Translations under genes and position numbers: made by a program
The notes under the pieces: generated by a model
The model's input: only the letters and a program-made list of their open reading frames with translations
What the model was told of the DNA's origin: nothing
Databases searched by the model: none
Origin: Octopus vulgaris
Lineage: Eukaryota
Length of the DNA: 64,000 bases
NCBI GenBank assembly: GCA_951406725.2
Contig: OX597836.1
Coordinates: forward strand, 11,532,001-11,596,000
Direction of reading: 5' to 3'
Shown: positions 1 to 14,014 of the stretch, one piece after another
Numbering within the stretch: the first letter of the stretch is position 1
Layout of the letters: the number at the start of each line of letters is the position of its first letter

Positions 1-18
1 TATATATATATATATATG

Positions 19-200
19 ACCGTGATCGTGACTGACCAGGCTATCAGACGTTGCTCCGCAATGCGCTTGGCATTGTTTTAGCCTTCAAATGACGCCACCC
101 TGCTGGCTGAGCGAGCAGGCCAACAGAAGAAAGAGTGAGAGAAAATTGTGGCGAAATAGTACAGCCGTGATCGCCACCACCCCTTGCCGGAGCCTCGTGT
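19..200 (-). mobile_element. SINE family C, 5'-truncated, tail type 2
   Basis: Reverse complement matches the body of the copy at 57811-58070 (cacgaggctccggca...gctgtac..tttcgccacaa..ttctctcactctttcttctgt.ggcctgctcgct...ctgatagcctggtc). Confidence 0.8.
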
Positions 201-224
201 AACCAAAAAATGTTAACAATAGGC

Positions 225-576
225 TAAAGTATGGTTGTGTTGTTAAGAAACTCGCTTCGAAATAACGTGATTTCGGGTTCACCCCCACCGCGCGGTATCT
301 TGGGGCAAATGTTTTCTGCTATAACCGCGCGCGTCGACCAATGCCCTGTGAATGAATTTGGAAAGCAGAAACTGTGTGGGAGACCTTGTATATAGCCACA
401 GGCATGGATTTAGGTGCAGGCAAGGTTGTGTGGTTACGAAACTCGCCTTGCAATCATCTGATCTTGGCCTCACTTCGAGCAAGTGTCTTCTACTATAGTC
501 ACCGGCCGTCTAATGAACTCTGAATGAATTTGGTTGAGAGAAACTGTATGGCGGCATTTTGAGCGCGGGCGCGTGA

Positions 577-627
<51 letters not shown>

Positions 628-1210
628 TTCTGCTATCATCGCTTGAAAACCAGTTGTTTATTTGCTTACCTCATCACTACAGAGCAGATCGACAGAAGAC
701 ACCGATAGACTTTTTAAAATAACGTGTGCCTATCTGTGCGTGTGTGTGTTTCTGTGTGTGTGACTGTGTGCATGTGTTTGTGCGTGTGTGTGTATGTGTG
801 TATGTGTGTATGTGTGTGCTTGTGTATGTGTGTGTTTGTGTATGTGCGTGCTTGTGTGTGCGTACGTGCGTACGTGTGTGTGCTTGTGTGTGTGCGTGAG
901 TGTGTGTGCGTGTGTGTGTGCGTGTGTGCGTGTGTGTGTGCGTGTGCGTGTGTGTGCGCGTGTGTGTGAGCGTGTACGTGTGTCTGTGCGTGTGTGCGCG
1001 CGCGAGTACGTGTCTTCGAGCTTTGTCCCCCCACACCAGGTGCTGCTTCCTTTACGTGTTTCTAACTTAACAGTCTGACAAACGAAACCAACAGAATAAG
1101 TACGAGGCTTTCAAAACATGTCCTGGCATCGATTCGTTCGTCTAAAACCTTTCAAGGAGTGCTCCAGCATGGCCGCAGTCCGGATGACTAAAGCAAATAA
1201 AAGAATATAA
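225..1210 (+). mobile_element. Two decayed SINE-A heads, then a body with a hugely expanded internal (GT)n tract and the 3' tail
   Basis: Heads ggttgtgt(g/t)gtta.gaaactcgc at ~233 and ~424. Tail gagtgctccagcatggccgcagtc..atgacta at ~1157-1195. GT-rich array at 572-1010. Confidence 0.75.
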
Positions 1211-2009
1211 GATGTAAAATATTATGAACAGAAATACACACAAGTTGCTCTCCATATTTTTTCCCCCTTTCTTCTTTGCTTTCTTTTTCTTCCTTTTTTT
1301 TCTTCTCTTTATTTATTTTTGAAACTTTTCAATTGAATTGTCGTGAAGAAATTCCATTTGACGTGAATGTATTCCTCAATAGAAACGGTAAAAGGCAAAA
1401 GGTGAGATACGAGACAAGAAAAAACTATTTCTTTAAGTCTAATCAATGTACAAATAATCTTTAAAAAAAAAAGAAAAAAACATTCACACACACACACAGA
1501 AAAAAAATATCTACAGCAATAAAAAAATTAAGAAAATAAAAATAAAAATTCTTTCTGTATTTTTTTTATCTATATTTTACGTTATATATTTATTTATATA
1601 TTTATTTACCTATTTGTTTGTTAAATAAAATTTTATTAAACATGACTTTGATACTGAAATGATCAGAAGATGTATTTACTAACAGGAAGTTTGATCTTCA
1701 ACAATCAAGTTACTTCAATATTATTTTTTTATTTCTTTTAGTTTTTTTTTCCTGTCGTCTCGTCTTTTTTTTTTTTTTTTCTCTTCTCTGTGTTTCTCCA
1801 GGATGGTTTAGAAGCGAATATTCAATTAAATGTGAATGACTTGGCCTTTCTGTTGAAGGTCAAATGTGCGAAGTGAATTTTAAAACTTCTCTTCTTGGAT
1901 TGCTTTAAAGATGTCCTCCGTTACGAATTTCTATTTTTTTTTCACGACGGTTTTTCGGAACTATCATGACGTTATGTTGATCGCTTGCTAACACAGGCAA
2001 AAGGCAGAC

Positions 2010-2935
2010 ACGTTTGACAGTAAGGAATAATTGATCAAATCGATTTCATTTCGTGTCTGATATACTTGTATTATCGATCTTGGAAAGATCAGCAGCCACG
2101 TAGACCATTTTACCATCTTAACTCAGAACGTTATACGCTGTAACTGAACACAGTTAAGCAGTTAATCAGACTTTATTATTGTCAATCCATTGCCCTAATC
2201 ATAGCACAAAGCCAACAATTTTGAACGGAGGGATTTAATGGAGATGCATAGATCATAGTATTTTATTGGTACTTTATTTTATCGGCCCGTAAGGATGAAA
2301 GACAAAGCTGAACTCGACGGGATTTGAACTCAGAATGTAAGGAACTCTAACAAGTACTGCTAGGCATTTTTTCTGACGTTTTGGCGTTTCCGCCAAACCA
2401 CTACTCTTGACCATGGCGCAACATAGGTCTTAATTTAAGATATAAAGCCAACAATTTAGAGGTGAAGCGTTAGCTGGTTATATCGAATCTAGTACTTGAC
2501 TGGTGCTTTATTTTATCGACCTTGGAAGGATAAAAGTCAAAGATTACCTCAGCCGGATTTGAATTCAGAATGTAGAGAGTCCTAACAAGTATTTGTTTCT
2601 TACAAAGGCACAAGACCAAAAATTCTGAGAGGAGAGAATCAGTCGATCACATCGCCTTCAGGTCGGTGAGGCAATGATGTAATTCTGAGTCTTATAAATG
2701 AACTGCTTTAAATATTGGTTTCAAATTGCCGGCACAAGGCCAGCAATTTCGTGGAGAGGGCAGTGTCGATTACATGGATCCCAGTGCGCAACTAGTACTT
2801 AGTTTATCGACCCCGAAAGGATGAAAGGCAAAATCGACCTCGGCAGAATTTGAACTCAGAACGTAAAGATGGACGGAACACCGCTAAGCATTTCGCTCGG
2901 CGTGTTAACGATTCTACCAGCTTGCTGCTTTAGAT
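2010..2935 (-). mobile_element. Cluster of about 4-5 decayed SINE-B copies in tandem (tail B2)
   Basis: Recurring ttttatcgaccccgaaaggatgaaaggcaaa.tcgacctcggc.gaatttgaactcagaacgta motif at ~2070, 2278, 2511 and 2802. Confidence 0.8.
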
Positions 2936-3004
2936 TGCTTTAGATTGCTTTAAATATTAAAGGCTTTAATTTTGTCAGGTCACTCTTGAGTTCTACTGGT
3001 AACA

Positions 3005-3190
3005 TGTAGCCTTGTACAACCTGTCACATGGTCGGGTTGTCGGCGACTGAACTGGCAACCCCAATAAACTTGCTTGGTGAGGAGGGTGATTGTTGGACAC
3101 ACTGCGGGGCGAAAAACAAGATCCAACCAAACGATTCTACAGTACCAGGAGTACCATGGCCAACAAATGTTCGAGCCCTGACCAAATTCT
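3005..3190 (+). mobile_element. Possible LINE (RTE-like) 5' UTR relic
   Basis: gggttgtcggcgactgaactggcaacccc...cttggtgaggagggtg resembles RTE 5' UTRs from memory only. No ORF support. Confidence 0.25.
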
Positions 3191-3224
3191 TCTCCTGTCT
3201 ACAGACCTATGCTTAGAATAGGTA

Positions 3225-3430
3225 TAAAGCATTTTTACTCCAAGGTACAAGCCCTGAAATTTTGTGGTGCGAGGACTACTCGATTATATCGACCCCTGTG
3301 CTCAACAGGTACAATAATACCGATCCCGTAAGAATCAAAGTTAAATCTAAGTCGACCTCGGTGAAATTGGAACTCAGATTGCAAGGAGATGGCAGAAATA
3401 AAGCAATACATTTTCTCCAACGCCGTTCCA
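3225..3430 (-). mobile_element. Decayed SINE-B
   Basis: ggtacaagccctgaaattttg...tcgattatatcgacccc...aagtcgacctcggtgaaattggaactcag. Confidence 0.7.
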
Positions 3431-3564
3431 CCATATTTCCAGTACATTTCCAGCAGAATCTTTGTGTGTGTGTGTGTGTGTGTTTGTGTGCGTGTTTGTG
3501 TGTTCTTTTGTTTTCAGGATTCCAAGTCGCAGAGGTTGAATTCTTCTAATTACTTATAACATCT

Positions 3565-3597
3565 GCAGCAACAGCAACAACAACGACAACGATAAAA

Positions 3598-3671
<74 letters not shown>

Positions 3672-3753
3672 AAGAAGAAAAAGAAGAAGAAGAAGAAGAA
3701 GAAGAAGAAGAATAGCAATGATGATGATGATGATAACAATAATAATAATAATG

Positions 3754-3802
<49 letters not shown>

Positions 3803-3876
3803 TGATGATGATGATGATAACAATAATAATAATAATAATATTGATAATAATAATAATAATAATAATAATAATATTG

Positions 3877-3922
<46 letters not shown>

Positions 3923-4028
3923 TGATGATGATGATAACAATAATAATAATAATAATATTGATAATAATAATAATAATAATAATAATAATGTTAATAATAA
4001 TAATGATAATAATAATAATGATAATAAT

Positions 4029-4074
<46 letters not shown>

Positions 4075-4101
4075 GCAACAATAAAGACAATAATAATAAT
4101 A
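3565..4101. repeat. Compound trinucleotide microsatellite (CAA)/(AAT)n/(AAG)n/(GAT)n with internal higher-order duplication
   Basis: Directly visible. The block atgatgatgatgatgataacaataataat recurs three times. Confidence 0.95.
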
Positions 4102-4643
4102 AGCTGCTCTCTGACGTGTTTTTCTTTTTCTTCTTTCAAAACTTCTCTTATTTATTTATGTATGCATTCAGTTTGCAGTTTCTGGTCTACAGTCGTATAT
4201 AACACTAATAAACTGTATTCATGGTGAAAAATCATTGCAATATTTTGAAAGATTCTTAATAGACCAAACAGTTTCCAGCTGTGTCAGCAGCCTAACTAAC
4301 TGACGATGTTACATACAAGCGACAACTAACCATCGCCCGACATCGCTTTCTACTCTCTAACTCCTTCTCTCTACTCTCTAACTCTCAACCTTCTACGTTT
4401 CTACGTTCGTTCTGTGTTCTACTTTTTCCTCTCCACACTCCACACTCTTGCTCGGCCTCATTGTTACCAATCAGGATTTTTTCTTATTGCGGTCTAATTA
4501 AGTTACTTTCGCTGAATTGACTAATGTACAAGTTTTAACGATTCCAATAGCTATTGTATGGTTGCAGCCTCCACGCTGTCTCCGGCCTCGTTAGAATCGT
4601 TACGTCTTGATTCCGCTTAATTTCAACAAGATTATTTACATTT

Positions 4644-4729
<86 letters not shown>

Positions 4730-4920
4730 GTGTGTGTGTGTATGTATGTATGCAGTTCTTTGTTTTGTTATGCCTTGCGGTCGTTTGTCTTGGATTAAAA
4801 CAATAACGGCGTTCTGTTAGTTACATTCACGGAATTGGTAAATTTAACCAGAAAGTCTTCGAAGTCCACAACGTAAAATGATTTATACACACATACATAT
4901 ATACAAAATACATATACACA

Positions 4921-4973
<53 letters not shown>

Positions 4974-5195
4974 ACAGATGTTCATACGCATCGAAGCATG
5001 AGAAAATTCATGCAAGGTGACGAATTGGTGCACAACTACATACACATATTCACATACATACATACATACATACAAACATACATACAGAGAACATGCGTAC
5101 TCGCACACGTTCACTTTTATTCATGGCTCAAGACCAGTTTCCTTATGATACATGTATATATATATGTATACGTACATACATACATACACACATAA

Positions 5196-5250
5196 TAGCG
5201 GTGCCCCACCATGGCCACAGCTCGTGAGCTGAAACTAGATGAAATTTTAA
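5196..5250 (+). mobile_element. Short 3'-end fragment of the CR1-type LINE / SINE-A tail
   Basis: gcggtgccccaccatggccacagctcgtgagctgaaactag resembles the tail at 53088-53145 and the SINE-A tail. Confidence 0.55.
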
Positions 5251-5472
5251 AAAATACATGAAGACATAGGTATATACGTACATGCATATATGCATATTTC
5301 CTTACTAGACTTTGTTATGGCTAAGAGTTCAACCTAATCTGGTAGGCCAAATGCGCACCAAGATACTAAGACAGGAAGTCGTCCAACATACATACATATA
5401 ATCATGAAATCATATACGCTCACACGTATAAACACACGCATATAAATACATACATTTGTATATTTATATACA

Positions 5473-5527
<55 letters not shown>

Positions 5528-5564
5528 GTGTGTGTGTATGTATATATACACATACGTACACATA

Positions 5565-5720
5565 TTAGGTTTGGAGGTGATGTACAGGTATTATATATTA
5601 GAAGAAATAAGGTACTCAGAAATCTGGATGGTTTTATATTTACAGATTTTTATAAATATGTCACAGGATTTTATAAATCATATATAATAGCGCTTGCATC
5701 CACTCTAGTGGATTCTTCAT
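5565..5720 (-). mobile_element. Penelope-like pLTR fragment with a degenerate hammerhead core (5688-5720)
   Basis: Minus strand reads ATGAAGA-atccact-ag-agtggat-GCAA-gcgct-a: perfect stem II and a palindromic stem III (agcgct), with two core substitutions. Lies between TA/GT arrays. Confidence 0.45.
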
Positions 5721-5755
5721 ATCGTGTGTGTGTATATATGTGTATATATATATGT

Positions 5756-5815
<60 letters not shown>

Positions 5816-5833
5816 ATATATATATATATATAC

Positions 5834-5877
<44 letters not shown>

Positions 5878-5955
5878 TTGTAGTGTGGAAGGTGATTATA
5901 AGCCATTTAAAAACGCACAAAAACCGTTAGATTCACTTCAACATTTAAATTTAAT

Positions 5956-6007
5956 TTTTTCAAAATATTTTCTTCGCTTTTAGACCGCGACCTATTCACT
6001 GACAAAA
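5956..6007 (-). ncRNA. Hammerhead-ribozyme-like motif (type I, G3/U8 variant) within a Penelope-like fragment (~5878-6045)
   Basis: Minus strand reads ttttgtca-GTGAATA-ggtcgc-ggtctaaaa-gcgaa-GAAA-atatt-t-tgaaaaa. Stem I 6/7 bp, stem II tcgc/gcga, palindromic stem III aatatt. Confidence 0.5.
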
Positions 6008-6936
6008 TCCTCAGTGCTGCATCTGAGAAAGTAACTATTAGTTCATGATATATAAGTATGAATGTATGTATGTATGTATGTATGTATGTATGTATGTATG
6101 TATGTATGTATGTATGTATGTATGTATGTGTGCATGTATGTATGTGTGCATGTATGTATGTATGTATGTATGTATGTATGTATGAATGTATGTATGTATG
6201 TGTGCATGTATATATTTGTAATGTACTTGAGGAAACTTTTCCGTTCCATGTTTCCCTGTGTCCCTTTCTGGAAGAAAGAGTTACACAGTAAGGACAACCG
6301 ACAATCCTGTCGCAACACTCCATCTTGGATTCTGCGGGAGCTGCCGAAATATCGGGTGAGATAAAGCAGAAGCGAAAGAGAGAGAGTGGAAGAACCGAAT
6401 CGATCCCAGTCTTTGATTGGTACATTTTTTTATCGATCCCAGAAAGAATAAATATCAAAATTAGCCGCGGTAGTATCGGATATTACAATAGGAGCAATTG
6501 GAAAAATTTTCTAAATTATATATCTAACGCTATAACGATTCTGCACATCGATCTCACATGCTGATAAGACCAAATCGATACCAAAACACTTGTCCATTGC
6601 TGCCCCTTGACTTTCAACTCGAATATCAGGTTATGTTCTACTTATCTTAATCATGTTAATGCGAGTTTGAATTTTTATGTATTTGTTATACATTTCTTAA
6701 AATTATATCTTATTCTCATCCTCATCCAGAATAGCTGATATTGCGCATTTGTTGTCATCTCATTTTCTGTTCGTCTGTGCGTGTGTGTGTGTATGTGTGT
6801 GTATATATGCATGTACCATTCTGTGTTGTACAAATGTATATATACATAGATATGTGTGTATGTGTGTGTGAGTGTCTATGTGTGCATGTGTGTGTGTGTG
6901 TGAGTTTGTATGCATGTAGCGTTCTGTGTTGTACAA

Positions 6937-6987
<51 letters not shown>

Positions 6988-7094
6988 CATGCGTTTGTAT
7001 GTGTGTGTGTTTTTGTGTATGTATGCATGTTTGTGTGTATGCATGTATCTATGTATGTATGTACGTATGTATGTATGGATTTATTCAAGACATA

Positions 7095-7208
7095 TACACG
7101 CCATTATACCGTCGGTATCTATATATCAAATTTGAGCGCAATCGGATGGAGGATGCTCGAGATCTTAGAAGACACAGAGATAGACAGACAGAACGGATTT
7201 TATATTAT

Positions 7209-7212
<4 letters not shown>
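7095..7212 (-). mobile_element. Non-autonomous Helitron / DINE-1-like 5' end fragment
   Basis: caaatttgagcgcaatcggatg...acagagatagacagacag...ttttatattatata is the reverse of the 5' architecture seen at 49606 and 60306. Confidence 0.55.
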
Positions 7213-7251
<39 letters not shown>

Positions 7252-7253
<2 letters not shown>

Positions 7254-7433
7254 ATGATCACGTGATTGACCAAACTTTCGGATATTGCCCTACGTCGCTG
7301 GTAGCGATGCGCTTCACATTATTTTGTCTTATAAACGATGCCACACCGCTGACTTGCCGAGCAGACTAACATTCTCCCTGATGGGAAGGCTAGTCCGTTG
7401 CAGGGTTGACATTTACAGCTGAGTGGACTGGAG
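7252..7433 (-). mobile_element. Decayed chimeric SINE: end of CORE-like segment, start of tail 3, then tail 2
   Basis: catttacagctgagtggactggag (as at 29255-29282), ctagtccgttgcaggg, then similarity to 19-120. Confidence 0.6.
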
Positions 7434-7689
7434 ACAAGCAGACAGATGGAGAGCTATAAATATATACATAAATATACATAAGTATATATTGGGAATTACT
7501 ACGTTTTTTCTACGCTGAGGACATCTAACTCTTAACTATTGGCTACATATGTGTGTGTATGTGTATGTGTGTGTGTGTGTTATTTATTCATTTATGTACT
7601 ATTTATTTATTTATATTTATAAACACATATGTATATGTATCGATATATACATACATATATATATATATATATAAAGAGAGAGAGAGAAA

Positions 7690-7732
<43 letters not shown>

Positions 7733-8192
7733 TTATATATTTGTCTCCCTCTCTCTCTCTCTCTTTATATATATATATGTGTGTGTGTGTATACATATCA
7801 CATGATATTTTCAAAAGTTACATAATTCAATGTAAGTTTTAATGTTTTAATCAATATATTTTCTTATATACAAAGAAATACACACATACACACATGTACA
7901 TATACACATACCTTATATATTATACATACATACATTATATATATATATATATACATATCCAACCTAACGCATAATCTATTGAGGGAAGTTTCATGAAATT
8001 TTCATACATGTCAAATTTAGCCAGTGCCATTCTTTAAAAACGGCAACGTCGTTTTGGTTTATTTTCAACATTAATCAAATATTCCTTTACAAAATATAAT
8101 TTTATTACCGTCTACGGATGTGTGCTGCAAACGTTTTTTGCTTTCATTCGTTCATTTATTTGTTCATATAGTTTCGAATACTTTGTGGCATT

Positions 8193-8415
<223 letters not shown>

Positions 8416-8515
8416 GTCAATTTTGTTTTTTCGATTTTGTTTCTGAAAACATGAGCAAATTTTGAAACATATTTTATTTTCCCAAGCAGACAAGTAGAGT
8501 TGTCGTGTATGTGTG

Positions 8516-8566
<51 letters not shown>

Positions 8567-8663
8567 ATACATATATATACATATATGTACATATGTGTGT
8601 ATATGTATGCATACACATATATATGTATATACACGTATGTGTATATATATATATAGATATAGG

Positions 8664-8756
<93 letters not shown>

Positions 8757-8818
8757 GTACTCATATATATTTACATATATATGTATATATATATATAAAT
8801 ATATATATAGATATAGAT

Positions 8819-8865
<47 letters not shown>

Positions 8866-8943
8866 AATGTAAGTACACACACGCGCATATATATACATGA
8901 AAACATATATATATGATATATGCATATACACATACATATGTAT

Positions 8944-8978
<35 letters not shown>

Positions 8979-9657
8979 CACCGTGATATACATATACATA
9001 TTCACATACATATCTACATACATACACACATACACGAAGATACAGACAATATACTGTTTTTGGAGACACCATGAAATTAAATAAGTTTGAATGTGCTAAA
9101 TGAGATAAAAAATGAAAAAACAAGAAAACCTAACAATTTCTTTCTTGAAATGAAAACATTCCATCACGTTTTTCTGTTTTAGTTCTAAAGTTTTTCGAAA
9201 AGAAGAATGAGTTTTTTTATCAATTATCATTGTTACTATTCAGAAGTACAATGACTGTTATTAGGTGCTTATGTAAAGATTGGTTGTATCTCGTCACCAG
9301 CAAGACAGGTACCATACAAATTTTGTGAGAATTTCGAAATTATTTTATATAGTCATCAGGACACCAAAATATAATAATAAGGCAGGAAGACTGAAGGAGA
9401 AAGAAACGAAAATAAAGCAGTTTTCATTTTTTTGCTTGCTATTGGTTTATTATATATATTTGTTTTTGGTTCTGATTCGATATATCTCTTTATTTAGTTT
9501 CATGCCAAGAAATATGAAAAAAAAAAAAAATTACTCAAATATTCTTTTCTTTTCTACTATAGGCACAAGGCCCGAAATTTTGCCTAAATACCAATCTTGA
9601 GAAATCAGGCTTCTCAAAACCAGAATGAAAATAGCTAATTCGAAGACTAAATATTCA

Positions 9658-9920
<263 letters not shown>

Positions 9921-10534
9921 GAAGATTTTGCAACCATACCAACATTCTTCTATCTCTCCATTTGTATCTCATACCGAGTTTGAGTATTTTGTAAAAAAAA
10001 AAAAATTTTAATAATCGATAACCAAATTCCATAATTCAGATCCTACGAGAGTAACTATCTATTTGCCGAAGCACAAATTCTTCTATTTGTGATCCTATAA
10101 CATATTCCTGTGAATATTTCGTTCGAAATATGGTGAATGGTTGAGCGAAAACTGTGTTATTATTTCTAGTAGGTAACTGCGAATTATAAATTACATTTAC
10201 TACGTCTACTTGCAGTTAATGGATATAAGCATTATTTAAAGCTTTAAATATATGTAACAGTTAGAAACCATGCATGTACTATTCGCTAAGGGTACAAAGG
10301 TTAAGCAGATTTAGGCATTTCATTTTGGCATTGCGTTGAATATGACCTTCTTGGCAATTTATCATTACGGTCGACATCTTCTTCACCTCTGAATAACCTA
10401 AGGAGGTCTGTGTGTAATGTGTTAAATATTATTTGGTCTAAGCTTAAAATGGTGCTTAGATCCAGAAATTTTATCTTATGTATTGTATAATAGTGATTTA
10501 ACAAATTAAGAAGTTTGCAATGTTTAGAAATGTA

Positions 10535-10696
10535 GGCGCAGGCGTGACTGTCTGATGAGAAGCTTGCATTCCAACCACATGGTTCTGGGTTCAGTCCCAC
10601 TGCGTGGCGCTTTGGGCAAATGTCTTCTGCTATTGCCTCGAGCTGACCAAAGATTTATGAGTGGATTTGGTAGATGGACACTGAAAAAAGTCCATC

Positions 10697-10775
<79 letters not shown>

Positions 10776-10945
10776 CGTATGTGTGTGTGCGAGCGTATGT
10801 GCGTGTGTATATGTATGTATTTATATGTGTATAAATGTGTCGGCGTTTGTCCCGCCATCGCCGCTTGACAACCGGTGTTGGTGTATTTTCGTCCCCATAC
10901 CTTAGCGGTTCGACAAAAGACAATTATAGAATAAGTACTGGGTTA
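10535..10945 (+). mobile_element. SINE family A (tRNA-derived head, internal TA/GT microsatellite)
   Basis: ggcgcaggcgtgactgt...gggttcagtccc (B-box-like)...ttgggcaaatgtctt...cttgacaaccggtgttggtg...tagaataagtactggg. Confidence 0.9.
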
Positions 10946-11019
10946 AAGATCGAAAAATAGCTTCTTCTAAGCAAACATCTCTAGACTTGTTTTTTTTTTA
11001 AAAAGAAATCTACAAGTCC

Positions 11020-11312
11020 GTCTACGAGTGCTTGTGAACTGGAAATCGCGTCTACAAGTGATGTGCGCGAATCTAGTGCGAGCGGAAGTGATTCGGAAAA
11101 CGATTATAATAATACATTTTATTATAAATGATCCTGGCGTATTACTGCCATTTATTTACGAGTATTCTACATTTTATTGGCAAAATATTTTTCTGGAAAC
11201 AAATCACAATTTATAACATCGCAACTGTGGGAAATTAATGCTCTGCTTTAGGAGTTTTCATTTTACGAGCGGTCTTCGGAAACAAATTAACTCGTATATC
11301 AAGACATTACTG
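11020..11312. mobile_element. Possible pogo/Tigger-like MITE, one end only
   Basis: Ends aactcgtatatcaagacattactg|TA, resembling a Tigger-type TIR (cagt..ta.ctcg..ttacgag) with a TA flank. The partner TIR was not found. Confidence 0.35.
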
Positions 11313-12144
11313 TACTCAATTACGTGTCTTGATTAGCAAGATACGTAAATTCCGCCGATGAAAATTAACCTCCCATCCCAGTTTAACCACACTTTTTTTC
11401 CGCCGGTCTACTAACGACCAGATATTTGAATCGATATTTATCTGACTATTTTAATGTACCGCAGCACATTTTAATCTTCTTCCACTTTTTCGTAACACTA
11501 TTTCATTACACTAATTATTTGTCACATTTAAGCGAAAAATAAAACCATTTGTTCTCTCTGTTATACGAATCTGAACATTTCAAAACAACACCTTAATTAT
11601 GTCGTAATTCCATATCATTTTAATGACTTTATCTTATCTCATTTTATCTGTGGCTCATTTTATAGTATTTTATCTTAATTTTATTTTCTTCTCGGATTTA
11701 AACATTCGCTAAGTACTTTCTAATAGCTTGACATATCTAAAGCAAATAAATCTCTCACTTCCAAGTTTCTTCTCAAAACACATTTAACAAACATATTTAA
11801 ATGTATCTTCAATTACCTTTTATCCGAGTCTACTTAAACGCAACTTCATTTAATCAATTTTATTAGATTCTTCAGCTTTTACAATTTCATATCATTAGAT
11901 TATTATTTTTCTAAAAAATAATTAAATTCAACTAAGGGAACACGATTGAAAACAAGCTTTTATTAAGAAATTATGAAATCTATAACCAAAACTGTTTTAA
12001 CATATCAATCATATTTGATTGATTCTGCTCCAAGTTTCTGGTCATCATGTAATGTAAAAATCACAAATGATTTAAACTCATCACTTCAAAATAATTTGAA
12101 AATATGCTGTCATAAACAGTAATGAGTTTTTTCTGATGTTTTTT

Positions 12145-12336
12145 AGTGGCTGTGTGGTAAGTAGCTTGCTTACGAACCACATGGTTCTAGGTTCAGTCGC
12201 ACTGCGTAGCACCTTGGGCAAATGCCTTCTTCTATAGCCCTCGGGTCGACCAAAGCCTTGTGAGTGGATTTGGTTGACAGAAACTGAAAACAGCCCGTAT
12301 TTATCTAATATCGAGGTCACATTTTTTTGTTGTTAC

Positions 12337-12367
<31 letters not shown>

Positions 12368-12484
12368 GGTATATATATGTATGTGTGTATGCGTGGCACC
12401 TTGGGGAAGAGTGTCTACTATAGCCTCAGGCCGACCAGAGCCTTGTCAGTGGATTTGGTTGACGGAAACAGAAGGACGCCTGTC

Positions 12485-12555
<71 letters not shown>

Positions 12556-12735
12556 TTGCGTATGTGTGTGTGCATTTTAATTTCCATCACCGACTGACAA
12601 CCGGTGTTGGTGTGTTTTCGACCCCGTAACTTAGTGATTCCGCAAAAGAGACCGATAGAATAAGCACTAGGTCAAATTCTTCAAGGTGGTACTCCAGCGT
12701 GGCCGCAGTCAAATGACTAAAACCAATAAACTGAG
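12145..12735 (+). mobile_element. Two SINE-A pieces (5' half 12145-12300; 5'-truncated copy 12388-12735)
   Basis: agtggctgtgtggtaagtagcttgcttac... and ...ggtactccagcgtggccgcagtcaaatgact. Confidence 0.9.
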
Positions 12736-12878
12736 AAAAGCGGAATATATATATACATATGTGTGTGTGTGTGCGTGTGTGTGTGTGTGTGCGTGTGTGT
12801 GTGTGTATGTACGTATGTATGTTTTTATATATAGTTAATAAAAAAGAAACGGAGAAAAAACAACAACGTGAGGACGTG

Positions 12879-12909
<31 letters not shown>

Positions 12910-13157
12910 GTTGCGTATATTTGCACCTGAGGACGCTTATAGCTTCACCCAATCACGACTTGGTATATTTTTGGCACTAAGAAACATTAATTACACGGAT
13001 TTGAAATTAATCATACTTAAATAAAATCGGAATTGCAATTGTATTACCTCTCCATAGATTATGATGAACATGAGGAGGAGGAGGAGGAGGAGGAGGAGGA
13101 TGGTGTTTGTGTAGTTGAATCGATCCCAGTATCTACATTTATTTTTAAAAAAAACTA

Positions 13158-13302
13158 GGCGTAGGAGTGGTTGTGTGGTAAGTAGCTTGCTTACCAACCA
13201 CATAGTTCCGGGTTCAGTCCCACTGCGTGGCACCTTGGGCAAGTGTCATCCACTATAGCCTCAGGGCGACCAAAGCCTTGTCAGTGGATTTGGTAGACGG
13301 AA

Positions 13303-13304
<2 letters not shown>
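13158..13304 (+). mobile_element. SINE-A 5' half, ending at a (CTA)n array
   Basis: ggcgtaggagtggttgtgtggtaagtagc...ggtagacggaaact. Confidence 0.9.
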
Positions 13305-13342
<38 letters not shown>

Positions 13343-13345
13343 TAA

Positions 13346-13575
13346 GGCGGCGAACTGGCAGAAACGTTACCACGCCGGGCGAAATGCTTAGCGGTATTTC
13401 GTCTGCCGTTACGTTCTGAGTTCAAATTCCGCCGAGGTCGACTTTGCCTTTCATCCTTTCGGGGTCGATAAATTAAGTACCAGTTACGCACTGGGGTCGA
13501 TGTAATCGACTTAATCCGTTTGTCGGTCCTTGTTTGTCCTTTCTATGTTTAGCCTCTTGTGGGCAATAAAGAAAT
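13346..13575 (+). mobile_element. SINE family B, full length (tRNA-like head, Meta-domain-like core, tail B1)
   Basis: ggcggcgaactggcagaaacgtta...gagttcaaattcc (B-box)...gcctttcatcctttcggggtcgataaattaagtacc...aaagaaa. The core resembles the MetaSINE domain as recalled. Confidence 0.9.
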
Positions 13576-13592
13576 TGAAAACTACTACTACA

Positions 13593-13625
<33 letters not shown>

Positions 13626-13627
13626 GG

Positions 13628-14014
13628 TGGAAGCACTCCGTCGGTTACGACGACGAGGGTTCCGGTTGATCCGAATCAACGGAACAGCCTGTTTGTGAAA
13701 TTAACGTGTAAAGTCGCTGAGCACTCCACAGACACGTGTACCCTTAACGTAGTTCTCGGGGATATTCAGCGTGACACAGAGCGTGACAAGGCCGGCCCTT
13801 TGAAATACAGGTACAACAGAAACAGGAAGTAAGAGTGAGAGAAAGTTGTGGTGAAAGAGTACAGCAGGGGTCACCACCACCCGCTGCAGGAGCCTCGTGG
13901 AGCTTTTTTTTAGGTGTTTTCGCTCAATAAACACTCACAACGTCCGGTCTGGGAATCGAAACCGCGATCCTATGACCGCGAGTCCGCTGCCCTAACCACT
14001 GGGCCATTGCGCCT

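Noticed and set aside
1760-1910. Plus-strand acceptor at 1801 followed by a 35-codon open frame (DGLEANIQLNVNDLAF...)
   Set aside because: No recognisable protein, no strong donor and no partner exons. Poly-T tracts before AG are common here. Cannot be fully excluded.
4255-4310. Minus-strand ctgctga-cacagctg-gaaa-ctgtttggtc hammerhead-like string
   Set aside because: The essential A6 is changed and stem I does not pair.
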